Shown here: in pieces, positions 43,201 to 52,870 of the stretch
Numbering within the stretch: the stretch's first letter is position 1
How the letters are laid out: each line of letters begins with the position of its first letter
DNA from: Bacteroidales bacterium
Lineage (GTDB): Bacteria; Bacteroidota; Bacteroidia; Bacteroidales; GCA-2748055
DNA length: 64,000 nt
Assembly: GCA_021740585.1 (NCBI GenBank)
Contig: JAIOZM010000005.1
Coordinates: forward strand, 5,642-69,641
Direction of reading: 5' to 3'
The notes under the pieces: model-generated
Databases searched by the model: none
Seen by the model: the letters and a program-made list of their open reading frames with translations, nothing else
What the model was told of the DNA's origin: nothing
Program-made: the position numbers and the translations under genes

Positions 43201-44571
43201 CTTCGGCTTATAAAGAACGATCTCGCAGAATTTGTCAAAGTGATAGGAGGATCCTTTTTATCCCTTGCTGAATCACAAAAAATTAAATACCGGGTGCAGG
43301 TGGATATAAAGGATAGAGAGCTTTGTTTTGATCCCGATAAACTGGAAAAAGTAGTCACAAACCTCCTTTCCAATGCCTTTAAGTTTACTCCCCGGGAAGG
43401 AGAGGTTATGCTTTCACTGGAAATGCAAAATGGAAGCATGAAAGCTGAAGTGCTTGAGGCGGTTCTGACGGTATCTGATACTGGCAGGGGAATACCGAAG
43501 GACCAGATTGATCATATCTTCGATCGTTTTTTCCAGGTATCGGATTCTGATACCCGGGATGTGGAGGGCTCAGGGATCGGACTTGCCCTTTCAAAGGAGT
43601 TGGTGGAGTTAATGCATGGCAGCATTGAGGTGGAAAGCAATCCGGGGGAGGGTTCAAAATTCATCGTAAAATTCCCGGTTTCGGAACATTGTTTTACAGA
43701 GCAGGAACTGGCTGATCTTGAATCGGGTGTGAAGATAAGAGAGGAATGGGATGAAGAGGATGAAGAAAAGCTTGCAGATGTTTATGAAGAAAGCCTTGAA
43801 GAAGGTTCTGACGAAACTGGAGAAATCAGGAAAGAAATCATTCTTATCGTGGAGGACAATCCGGATCTGCGAAATTACATCAGGGACCAGTTTAACAGTG
43901 AATACCATATAATTGAAGCGCAGAACGGTCAGACCGGTTATGAAAAAGCCGTTCAGCATATCCCAGACCTTATCGTCACCGACCTGATGATGCCGGTAAT
44001 GGGAGGGATGGAGATGTGCCAGAAGGTGAAGACTCACCCGTTAACAAGCCATATCCCGGTAATTATGCTTACAGCAAAGGCAGATAAAGAAAGCAAGCTG
44101 GAAGGATTGGAGACCAATGCAGATGATTATATTATTAAGCCATTCGATGCTGAATTATTGGTAGTAAGAGCTAAGAACCTGATCAGGCAGAGAAAGGAAC
44201 TGAGGCAGCGTTTTGAAAAGACCTTCTTACTGGAAGATAATGGGAATATGGATGCAATTCCATTTAATATGCTGAAAGAAATACTTGAAGTAATTCGGGA
44301 AAATCTTTCAGATGAAGATTTTAGCGTAAATAAGCTGGGGGATGAATTGCACATGAGCAGGTCCGGGGTATTCAGAAAGATTCGCTCTGTGGCCGGTATT
44401 ACTCCAATCGAACTTCTTAGGATGATAAGGATGAAAGAAGCTGCACGGCTCCTCCGTAAAAACGAACTGAATATCACCCAGATAATGTATCAGGTAGGAT
44501 TAAAGAACCCTTCCCATTTTGCACTGACTTTCAAGAAGTTTTATGGGGTGAATCCGTCGGAATACCGGTAA
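40258..44571 (+). CDS. Hybrid two-component system (beta-propeller sensor, Y_Y_Y, HisKA, HATPase, REC, AraC)
   Basis: EEGLSHSTV, LWIGT repeats, YRYKLEGVDKDW, NISHEFRTPLTL, GSGIGLAL, ILIVEDN, DLMMPVMGG and FKKFYGVNPSEYR. Confidence 0.96.
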   Translation: MLMVYQKAPLFSLWSCLNKAGCLSAFLLLFCFQNSFPQYPEKLYGPEEGLSHSTVLDINRDENGFIWVFTLKGLCRFDGYHFKEYKVLNKDLVTDIKGMGCFIKDSKNRLWIRSSPNLLSVYNSEKDKIETLSDSVDYYVSFGEYNTDIWAIGINSIINFQESEAFYFTSTNYSLPEETGIIYRILPQVDGSLITITENGLFILKPFENNFQVQKLTSLVNGLPNIHIDISSKFIEINQILYLTNARGIYKTNIHLNHSAFADSVVYLDLITMDFPELGIDPEQPIYAVVEGEKNEIFIRSLNGIYKYNFFNDNMKRIKEEYYGISDMGEGEFRFALMYDSDKILWAGTDKGLLKIVTPNKDFQVILPEPENPKGLKFGKLNQAMIDSNGDLWIGTVGDGLYHSVPDKNNEFVEFENFKPDGSNQKALNSTTISVLTEDSKQNLWIGAIDLQSIGLNEKTMIFKNTPITDYVRLLSKPLFPSSIIEDPEGNIICIGTPGELSNWQYRPDVGKGYYLYLDSTKKLINCPRFYHTRDDQFYMYANKSFFKLTNGWTFKEVDYILGKEDLKFKEKINLKTLLPYAYPSKIDTLLRFDENKIEFARFIITEKSQEIELWINFMYEKKILRYSIKQLLTQNANFSNPDWANMETDESPQGINLGVVYEMIEDNSGRVWCSTQDGLISINPETNHAFTYYIEDGLPTNKLFWGISKDNIGRIFVCTTNGLLFFNPDSISPDPPAMVKLTELFLFNELVEVDENSILTRNISETKSLQLSHNQNYLGFKFSALEYRNTERVKYRYKLEGVDKDWIEQGKRLQADYYNLDPGKYTFHVIAANGNNVWNSEGVSLSIRILSPLWFRWWAIVIEALGLIFILIFYIRYRERELQQRAILLEEKVDEKTREVLEQRKEVDEMKSRFYTNISHEFRTPLTLLVGPLEDSVKSCEENVPMSRKILCIMLRNARRLQRLINQLLDISKIESGTMELRLIKNDLAEFVKVIGGSFLSLAESQKIKYRVQVDIKDRELCFDPDKLEKVVTNLLSNAFKFTPREGEVMLSLEMQNGSMKAEVLEAVLTVSDTGRGIPKDQIDHIFDRFFQVSDSDTRDVEGSGIGLALSKELVELMHGSIEVESNPGEGSKFIVKFPVSEHCFTEQELADLESGVKIREEWDEEDEEKLADVYEESLEEGSDETGEIRKEIILIVEDNPDLRNYIRDQFNSEYHIIEAQNGQTGYEKAVQHIPDLIVTDLMMPVMGGMEMCQKVKTHPLTSHIPVIMLTAKADKESKLEGLETNADDYIIKPFDAELLVVRAKNLIRQRKELRQRFEKTFLLEDNGNMDAIPFNMLKEILEVIRENLSDEDFSVNKLGDELHMSRSGVFRKIRSVAGITPIELLRMIRMKEAARLLRKNELNITQIMYQVGLKNPSHFALTFKKFYGVNPSEYR

Positions 44572-44580
44572 AGAGATAGT

Positions 44581-44628
44581 GTGGTGGTGTGGTAGTATGC
44601 TGGTGTGCTAGTATGCTGGGCTGCTAAT
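44581..44628 (+). repeat. Six-unit degenerate 8-mer tandem repeat
   Basis: gtggtggt gtggtagt atgctggt gtgctagt atgctggg ctgctaat, directly after the HTCS stop. Confidence 0.75.
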
Positions 44629-44654
44629 GAGTCGAAATACCAGCCTAAAACTAA

Positions 44655-44963
44655 TCAGATCACTATACTTTCTTTAATAATCTCATTAATAAAATCATCC
44701 TTTTCAATATAATATTTAGTTGAATAAGGATGTGTTTCAATTACCGGATACTTGATGTTAATTTTTGAGTAAAGCTTCAAATTATCAAAAATATTATCAC
44801 TGAATTGATCAGAAATTAGTAGTAAATCTATATCAGACCATTCATGTGTCTTATCTTTTGCTGCGGAGCCAAATAGTAGTACTTTGTAAAATGTTAATCC
44901 GCTGGAATTGCATTCATTTACAAATGCTCTGGCAGTTTTTATTGCAGATTCTCTAGTAACCAT
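44655..44963 (-). CDS. Minimal nucleotidyltransferase (MNT) antitoxin-like protein
   Basis: LFGSAAKD..WSDIDLL (GS-x10-DxD); 102 aa; overlaps the HEPN gene. Confidence 0.9.
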   Translation of the reverse strand: MVTRESAIKTARAFVNECNSSGLTFYKVLLFGSAAKDKTHEWSDIDLLLISDQFSDNIFDNLKLYSKINIKYPVIETHPYSTKYYIEKDDFINEIIKESIVI

Positions 44964-45334
44964 ATTTTTAACTCATTTGTTGTTTCCAACATTGATTTTG
45001 TAAATTCTTCGTTACAGATATCGTTCAATTTTGTTGAATAATCAGGATACCTTCCTTCTAATTGAAATCTATTTAAGCTAAGTAAAAATTCACTTTTTTC
45101 ATCTGTCAATTCAATCGATGTTGTCGAAAGTAAAAAAATCAGATTATGTGTCCTTGGAGGAAAATTCTCTTTATTATGTTTTATCCAAATTGCCTTACAA
45201 ACTTTTTCAATTACCAGATGAGCAAAAAATAATGCATGCAAGTATTTCTTTCCTGAAAACAATGTGTCAACAGCAGACCAATCATCTTCTGCTTGCTGAA
45301 TCCAGAAATCTATATGTTCTTGTTTTGTTTTCAT
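44939..45334 (-). CDS. HEPN domain protein
   Basis: WIQQAEDDW, LFFAHLVIEKVCKA, PPRTHNL and EGRYPD. Confidence 0.9.
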   Translation of the reverse strand: MKTKQEHIDFWIQQAEDDWSAVDTLFSGKKYLHALFFAHLVIEKVCKAIWIKHNKENFPPRTHNLIFLLSTTSIELTDEKSEFLLSLNRFQLEGRYPDYSTKLNDICNEEFTKSMLETTNELKIWLLENLQ

Positions 45335-45544
45335 TAATTCAAAGATAATCTTTTTTTTTCCGGAGATGAAATCTTTATGAAATGTTTTAAGAGTATTTTG
45401 CCTACCTTATTATCGTCAGTAAGTGCTAAAAAAGTTGATGTATTGGATGAAAACCATAAAATACCTACCAGACGATTCTATATTTCCCTCATCGGCTTAA
45501 CCTCCTTCTCTCTACTCAAAAACTCTCAACTTTAAACTTCCTCC

Positions 45545-45610
45545 TGACACAATACCGTTCAATTTTGACACAATACCGTTCGACATTGGTTTTTGCAGGG
45601 CGTAATTTTA
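45545..45610 (+). promoter_or_regulatory. Putative HTCS (AraC) operator: 16-bp direct repeat with 21-bp period, plus a -7-like element
   Basis: TGACACAATACCGTTC at 45545 and 45566, followed by GTAATTTTA, upstream of the S41 gene. Confidence 0.8.
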
Positions 45611-45666
45611 GATAAGTTTTTCCCTGATCTTAAAATTGAATTTTTATAAAACTAAAATTTCCAGCT

Positions 45667-48120
45667 ATGAGAAAGATTCTTTGCCTCAATATTTTTCTTT
45701 GCTTTCTCCCAATTCTCTCTGCTCAGGATCTACCTGATAATCTTCAAATAGGAAAGCACACAGTTGCCGAGTGGAAATATATTGTAGACACTATATGGGG
45801 AGATGGAATGCCAACAGAAGACAAACTCATTCTCTTCGACAACTTCTGGGATGCTGTTGATAAATACTATCCAGGATTTGTAAACAATCCTGTTAACTGG
45901 GATTCTGTAAGGACCCACTACCGGCCTGAAATTGAAGCGGGTGTAAGTCATGGAAGATTTACAGGAATTATGTATAAAATGGGCGATATTCTGAAAGAAG
46001 TACACAGCTTAGTTTCTAATGACGAAGTTTTTATGACTCAACCGGGTCCGGGAGTGCCTTTACTATTAGTATCCTTGCAAGAAAATCCGGATTCTGTTGT
46101 ATTGTTTGATAATGGTTGGTTTGGCGCTGTAATAACCCCGGTCAATGAAAATGAATTACTGGTTTTGAGGGCTGTACCGGACCATCCTCTGGGCCTGGAA
46201 GCAGGGGATATTATCCTGGGATATGATGGAATGGCATGGAAAGATCTCTTTCCCTTATTGCGGGCAATGGATTTTCCTTTGGTAAACTTTTATGGAAGTT
46301 CAGATGAAAGTGTAAGGCTCCTATTGCTGGCATCTGTAGGATTAAACTGGCATTTTTTTGACACACTTGATTTTCAGAAATATGGGTCTGCAGATACGCT
46401 GCATATGCCAACATCCCTGCTGGAAGGGAAAGAAATGTATATCCCGGGGAACGAACAGATTCCCCTTGAAGGAATAGCATTTCCCGGTTCAATCAGGGAT
46501 GAGGATTATCCCGAGTTGTTCTATCTCACCCCTATCATTTATGATACTTTATTCGATAATTCCATTGGTTATATTTATTACACTCATATGCCTAAAGGCG
46601 TTGAGTCCACATTGTTTGATGCAACAACAAAGCTTTCAGGCGCTGATATTAACGGACTTATTCTCGATTTAAGATTTAACATCGGGGGATGGATGGGTTG
46701 GGAAACAGGTTTTAATCCGATTTTCAACCAAACCATAGATTCCTGCGCATATTATTCAAGAGCCTATGGAGGTGGGTATAGTGACCTGGTGGCTGTTCAA
46801 AGTAATGTATTTAAAACACTTAGTAAGGACTTTATAAATAAACCGATTGCACTGCTTACAGGCCCCGAAGCCGTTAGCAACGGAGATTATGCTTCTTATT
46901 TTATCCATACCCAGCCAATGACCAGGAGTTTTGGAAGATTTACCAATACAGGATATACACATTATTCTCCTTCTTTAACTCCAAATACACCAACCACTTT
47001 TAATAATGCATCCATTTTATGGGATTTTGGATATGAAGACTGGCATATCCAGATTGCTCCCCGAAATTTTGGACGTTTTATTGACGGAGAGCTTATATAT
47101 TTTATCCATAATCCATTTGAAATTGATGAAGAGATCTGGTATACGCAGGATGCTATACACCAGCAAAAAGACAATATGGTTGAAAGAGCAGTTGAATGGA
47201 TTAATTCCGTTGCCTATGCCGATATTTGCAGGCTGTCAGATACATACCTTGATACAGATAAGACAGATCCATTATACATTCATTCTGGAGTTATTAATCC
47301 AAAAAATCATTCCGTTGAATTAAGTGCAAAGCTGTTTAATAAATCAGGGATATATCTCCAGGATGTTAGCATGCAGGAGAATACTACAGGAGATATCCCT
47401 GATTTGCAAACCCGGGAATGGTATGGTAACTTTAGTATGGACAATGATGGCTTTTATTTTGCTGAAGTTTCAACCAGGGATCTTGATGAAGATTCTTTCC
47501 TGACTTATCCCGGTTACCTTCATTTTACGACAGTCAGAAAACCTGATATATTCCCCAGGACTTTCAATCTTCAAAAAGGTTCAGAACAAAGCATCAGCCT
47601 TACAGTTATGAATACTTCTGAAACCGATCTGGAGAAGCCTTATTTAATGCTTTCATCAAAAGATTCCCTGGTGGATATCAAGTACCCTAAAATAGACCTT
47701 GGAACAAAAATACTTGCTGGAAGAGGCAGGGTAAAGTCACTGGTTTTTACAATTGATTATTCCGCGGAAGTGAATTCGGAATTCTGGATTGATTTGGACA
47801 TTTATGCAGATGGTGTTCACTACTGGAATGACAGTATCCAGTTAAGCGAGGCAACAGATGCTGAAACTTACTTTAATGACTCAAATCCCGAACTAAGAAT
47901 ATATCCTAATCCCATGTCGGAATACTGCATGATTCAGCTGAGCGGACCTGTTGCTATAGAAAAAATCGAGGTGTTTGATCTTTCAGGCAGAAAGGTATTC
48001 CAGGAAAATTCCCTGGGAACTAATTCGTACCGGCTCGAAAAAGGAGATCTCAGGAAAGGAATGTATGTTGTGAGAATTACTGCAGATAGTGTATACGATA
48101 GAAAGCTGGTGGTGAAGTAG
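45667..48120 (+). CDS. S41 family peptidase with PDZ-like region and T9SS CTD
   Basis: Signal peptide, VNWDSVRTHY, GLEAGDIIL, IGYIY, GLILDLRFNIGG, LLTGPEAVSNGD and RIYPNP CTD. Confidence 0.85.
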   Translation: MRKILCLNIFLCFLPILSAQDLPDNLQIGKHTVAEWKYIVDTIWGDGMPTEDKLILFDNFWDAVDKYYPGFVNNPVNWDSVRTHYRPEIEAGVSHGRFTGIMYKMGDILKEVHSLVSNDEVFMTQPGPGVPLLLVSLQENPDSVVLFDNGWFGAVITPVNENELLVLRAVPDHPLGLEAGDIILGYDGMAWKDLFPLLRAMDFPLVNFYGSSDESVRLLLLASVGLNWHFFDTLDFQKYGSADTLHMPTSLLEGKEMYIPGNEQIPLEGIAFPGSIRDEDYPELFYLTPIIYDTLFDNSIGYIYYTHMPKGVESTLFDATTKLSGADINGLILDLRFNIGGWMGWETGFNPIFNQTIDSCAYYSRAYGGGYSDLVAVQSNVFKTLSKDFINKPIALLTGPEAVSNGDYASYFIHTQPMTRSFGRFTNTGYTHYSPSLTPNTPTTFNNASILWDFGYEDWHIQIAPRNFGRFIDGELIYFIHNPFEIDEEIWYTQDAIHQQKDNMVERAVEWINSVAYADICRLSDTYLDTDKTDPLYIHSGVINPKNHSVELSAKLFNKSGIYLQDVSMQENTTGDIPDLQTREWYGNFSMDNDGFYFAEVSTRDLDEDSFLTYPGYLHFTTVRKPDIFPRTFNLQKGSEQSISLTVMNTSETDLEKPYLMLSSKDSLVDIKYPKIDLGTKILAGRGRVKSLVFTIDYSAEVNSEFWIDLDIYADGVHYWNDSIQLSEATDAETYFNDSNPELRIYPNPMSEYCMIQLSGPVAIEKIEVFDLSGRKVFQENSLGTNSYRLEKGDLRKGMYVVRITADSVYDRKLVVK

Positions 48121-48293
48121 TGCTGACGGGCTGAATTGCTTTTCGATTTTGCAACTCTTATATGCCTCAATGGGGTAGAATCAGATTTTGAACCCGGAAA
48201 GAGTAAAAGTAATCCGGATGGAGCGATTGGATAGAGACTTTTTAAAAAAGTGTGTCAAAGTGATTATTAAAAACTAAACTAAATATCCCTGAC

Positions 48294-51200
48294 ATGAAAA
48301 AGAAGATTATTTTTTTTATTTTCCTGCTGATGACTTTTGTCATCCATTCACAAATCATCCACATACCCTCTGACTATCCTTCCATACAGCAAGGAATTGA
48401 TGCTTCAAGCAATGGCGATACGGTTTTGGTTGCTGAAGGAACCTATTACGAGAATATTAATTTTAAAGGCAAAGCCATTACTGTAGCGAGTTTGTTAATT
48501 ACAGACGGGTATGTTTCTCATGTCTCAAAAACCATTATTGATGGAAGTCAAGCTGTACATCCGGATACAGCTTCAGTGGTATTATTTATTTCCGGGGAGG
48601 ATTCAACCTCAGTATTAAATGGATTTAAAATAACCGGGGGAAAAGGAAGTAAGCTTGTAATGGAAGGGGTAGAAACCTTTTTTTTGGGAGGAGGAATTCT
48701 GATAGATTTTTCTGGTGGCAAAATTATTAATAATGAAATAGTCGCAAATAGCCTTTCCTCGGCAGAGTATTCTGTATTTGGGGCAGGAATATTGGGAAAT
48801 GTGGGCGAAAATTTAAACCTGATAATACGGAATAACCAGGTAAGCAATAATGTTGCAAGCAGTGAGAAACATCCCGTAGGAGGGGGAATGGAGCTTGAAT
48901 GCCGTGCTGGATATTTATTATGTGAAAACAATGTAATCAGCAAAAATGTATGCACGGGATTGGGATCATATGCTGCTCTGGGTGGCGGTATATCTGCATT
49001 TAGTATTTCGCCATGGAAGGCCGATTTTATTATTAGAAACAACAGAATATTTGAGAATGAGATCTCAGGGATATATGCAGTCGGGGCAGGTATATACAAT
49101 TATACACCCTATGACAATTCGTTTTTTATGGATGCAGTATCAAAGTATCAAATCTATAATAACCTAATTACAGGCAATATTTCGGAGCATTATGGCGGAG
49201 GTATCGCTTTATGGGGAGAACTTCAGTATGCTAATGCTGTAAATCCTGCTCCCCTGATTTATAATAATACCATTACAGGAAATAAGGCACAGTATGGTGG
49301 GGGACTATTTAATCATAACGCAAAACCACTTCTTTTCAATAATATAATATGGAATGAATCAACCTTAGCAACCGACGAAGAACTTTATAATGGTAATTAT
49401 AGTGGGACACATAAAGGAACATACATTACCCAGAACAATTTAATAAGAGAAGCCTATATGGGTGTGGGGAATATCTATTCAGACCCTTTGTTAGATTCTG
49501 AAACACTTATGCCAACTGAAGGAAGTCCTGCGGTTGGCAGAGGAATGGGATTCCATTCACTATAAAGGTACATGGTATAATGCTCCGCAATACGACTTAT
49601 CCTGGGTTATAAGGAAAGATGCCGCAGCAGATATGGAACCAGATCTCGGAGCCATAGAATCGCCCTTCAATAAATCTCTAATTACTTATGATTCTGAAAC
49701 AGTCATCAATGTCCCTGCAGAACAACCCACCATTCAAGCCGGTATCAATGCTGCCAAAGCGGGTGATACTGTCCTGGTGAATGAAGGTTATTATTATGAG
49801 AATATCAATTTCAAAGGCAAAGCGATTACGGTAGCGAGTAAGTTTATCCTCGACAGGGACGATATTCATATTGCACAGACTGTGATTGACGGGAGTATGC
49901 CTGCTCACCTTGATACTGCTTCTGTTGTATTTATTGGTGGAGGGCTGGATTCGACTACCGTTTTATCCGGTTTCACTATTACGGGTGGCAAGGGTTCTAA
50001 AAGAGTAAGGCCGACCCGAACTTTAAGAATAGGAGGTGGAATTTTTGTTGAATTGTCAGGTGCAAAAGTTGAAAATAATATCATCACAAGGAACTCTGTT
50101 ACTGATCCAAGTTTTGAAGTAAGTGGAGGAGGTATTTTTGCTGTAAATAATACAAGCAGCCAGAATTTGGTAATTCGAAATAACAGGATTTTTAATAACC
50201 ATATATCGGGAAGTACCTATACCCAGGGAGGAGGAATTTTGGTGGCTGAGCCATACGGCATGAAATTGATAGAGAACAATGATATCTTTCAGAACACCGC
50301 AACATGCATAGGGAACTATAAGGCCAATGGAGGGGGCATAAACATTGGGACATGGGAACCTTGGAATACGCCAATTATTGTCAGGAACAACAGGATATAT
50401 GAAAATGAAATTCATTGTGTTGCCAGCCAGGGAGGAGGTATATTCCTGACTTTTCCTGAATGGGGTACTGAGACGCATTCCGGGAAAGCCCCAATAGAGA
50501 TCTATAATAACCTGATCGCAAATAATTCTTCCGAAGACAGGGGTGGAGCGATTGGTATATGGGATCAGGGAAATAAGGCTTATGACATAGAGGATCCAAA
50601 TCCGCTGATCTATAACAATACCATTATTGGCAATACTGCAAAGGAAGGAGGTGGAATTTTTAACTTTGAAATGAATGCCCTGTTGATGAATAATATTATG
50701 ATAAACAATGGATCTGTTGCATCGGCCCGCGAGATCAGCCTGAGAGACATAAATTATATTTACGGGTATTTTGCCAATCAGGGAAGATTTCAATCCTATA
50801 ACAATGATATACGTGGAGGCTTGGCAGGAGCCGGGAATATAGATAAAGATCCGAAAACCGACGCTTATGATTTTAGTCTCAAGGACATTAGTCCCTGTAT
50901 TGGCCGGGGCATCGATTCGGTACATATAAATGGAAACTGGTATTATGCTCCTGCTTACGATCTGAAAGGAGTGAACCGCTTAATGGCTTCTGCAGACGGA
51001 GAAATCGATATGGGAGCGCTGGAATCCACGTTTGAAAGATTGAATCCCGCATACGATTCGGAACACATTATCAATGTTCCCGAAGAAGAGTACACCATAC
51101 AGGCGGCCATAAATGCTGCCGCCGAAAGCGATACGGTACTTGTTGCTCCGGGATTGTATTACGAGAATATCAATTTCAAAGGAAAGGCGATTACTGTGAT

Positions 51201-52686
51201 GAGTCATTATGGGATGGATAAGGATGTAGATCATCAGACGAATACGGTTATTGATGGGAGTATGCCTGCTATTTCTAAAAAAGCTTCCGTAGTGACATTT
51301 AATTCGGGAGAGGATACAACATCTATTCTAAAAGGCTTTACTATAAGGGGTGGGGTGGGTTCTGAAGTTGAACCATTTCCTGGAGTAATTGCAAAAGGAG
51401 GAGGAGGAATAATGATGTTTTCTTCCGGGGGCAAGATTGAAAACAATATCATTAAAGAAAACAAAGTTGAATCTGCCACCATGGAGGTAGCCGGAGGAGG
51501 AATTGTTTATGGGGAACGAGGTAATAATGTGATCATCAGAAATAATAAAATTCTGAACAACGAGATCAAATCTCCGTGGACTATGGGTGCGGGAATTCGC
51601 GTCAGCAGCGACAAAGGCTATATCCTTATTGAAGGGAATGAGATTAACAATAATATTAATACCTGCACGTCATGGTTTAAGGCAATGGGAGGAGGACTAC
51701 TTGTTCAGAAAGCCTATGGGACAGATGTAAAGATTGTTGTTAACAAAAATTATATTCACCACAATGAACTTCATTGTCAAAGTACCGTGGGTGGAGGTAT
51801 CTATAATGTATTCTACAGGGATGCGGCAAAGGAGAATTTAGAAACGAACATACCGGTAGAATACACAAATAATATTATTTCAGAGAATTATTCTGAAGAT
51901 CAGGGAGGCGGTATTGCAATATGGAATATGGCAAATTATTATGGTCTGAAGCAAACTGTCCCTGATCCAATTTTAATAAATAATACAATCATTAATAACC
52001 GGTCTGCCAATGGGGCAGGAATCTTCAATTATGATGCTGAGACATTACTAATGAATAATATCCTTTGGGATGATCTGTCAGCAAATAACTGCAAAGAGAT
52101 ATTTAATGAAGATGTGAATTATCCGGGGGGATGGGCGAAAAATGAAAATGTTGGAATCCTTCACTCCTTTCACAATGATATTCGCGATGGATGGGAAGGA
52201 GGTGAAAATGAAACAGTTGCAGATCCCCTCTGTAAACTGACCACTTTTGCACTGGAAAGCGGAAGTCCCTGCATCGGAACAGGAACAACCATGGTTGAGG
52301 TAAATGGAACAAGCTATTACGCCCCTGTAACAGATTATAACGGAAATCCACGACCAAATTCAAACAATAATTTGGTCGATATAGGTGCCATTGAATCCAT
52401 GATGACAGGATTTAGGCAAACTGTGATTGACAGTAACCCACTCCGGATTTATCCCAATCCCGCAAGCGATTTAACGACCATCAGCTTTAACCTGCAACAG
52501 AAAACCAATGTAAGGCTGAGCATCTTCAACCTTCTCGGACAAGAAGAAATGATATTGCTGAATGAAGAAATGCTTCCCGGCGCTCAGGAAGTGAGCTTTA
52601 ATGTAGCTGAATTAACGAAAGGTTTGTATATAGTTAAACTATTAACTGACAGGAATACAAGTGCTAAGCTTATAGTAAAAGAGTAG
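48294..52686 (+). pseudogene. Triple-repeat right-handed beta-helix T9SS protein split by a +1 frameshift (ORFs 48294-49565 and 49534-52686)
   Basis: Three TIQ..I.AA..GDTVLV..G.YYENINFKGKAITV units. Removing one G at 49547-49549 gives GRGMDSIHYKGTWY, collinear with GRGIDSVHINGNWY in repeat 2, and one 1463-aa ORF from signal peptide to CTD. Confidence 0.85.
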
Positions 52687-52741
52687 TTTAGTATTTGTTG
52701 TTTTTCTTTCCTTTTTTCTTTTTAGTTTTTAGTGGAATAGG

Positions 52742-52767
52742 GGCCACGGAGATTCGTCTCTGTGGCC
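52742..52767. terminator. Hairpin with TTCG loop between convergent genes
   Basis: ggccacggaga-ttcg-tctctgtggcc followed by tttgttt. Confidence 0.6.
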
Positions 52768-52870
52768 TTTGTTTAAGGATAAAAATTGCCTTGTCGCGGT
52801 GCACACCGGTATTTTGTATTGTCCAATTAATCGTCCAGGTACCAGTACTTATGTTTGATTCAAATAAAAT

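Noticed and set aside
45545-45581. CRISPR-like repeats
   Set aside because: Only two 16-bp units with a 5-bp gap, no unique spacers and no cas genes; fits a regulator binding site.
49534-49565. Programmed frameshift or stop readthrough
   Set aside because: No slippery heptamer or long homopolymer; a single-base insertion explains the split.
50056-50925. 289-aa antisense ORF (also 48548-49099, 63282-63833 and other short shadow ORFs)
   Set aside because: They lie entirely opposite or within well-supported genes and show no recognisable motifs.
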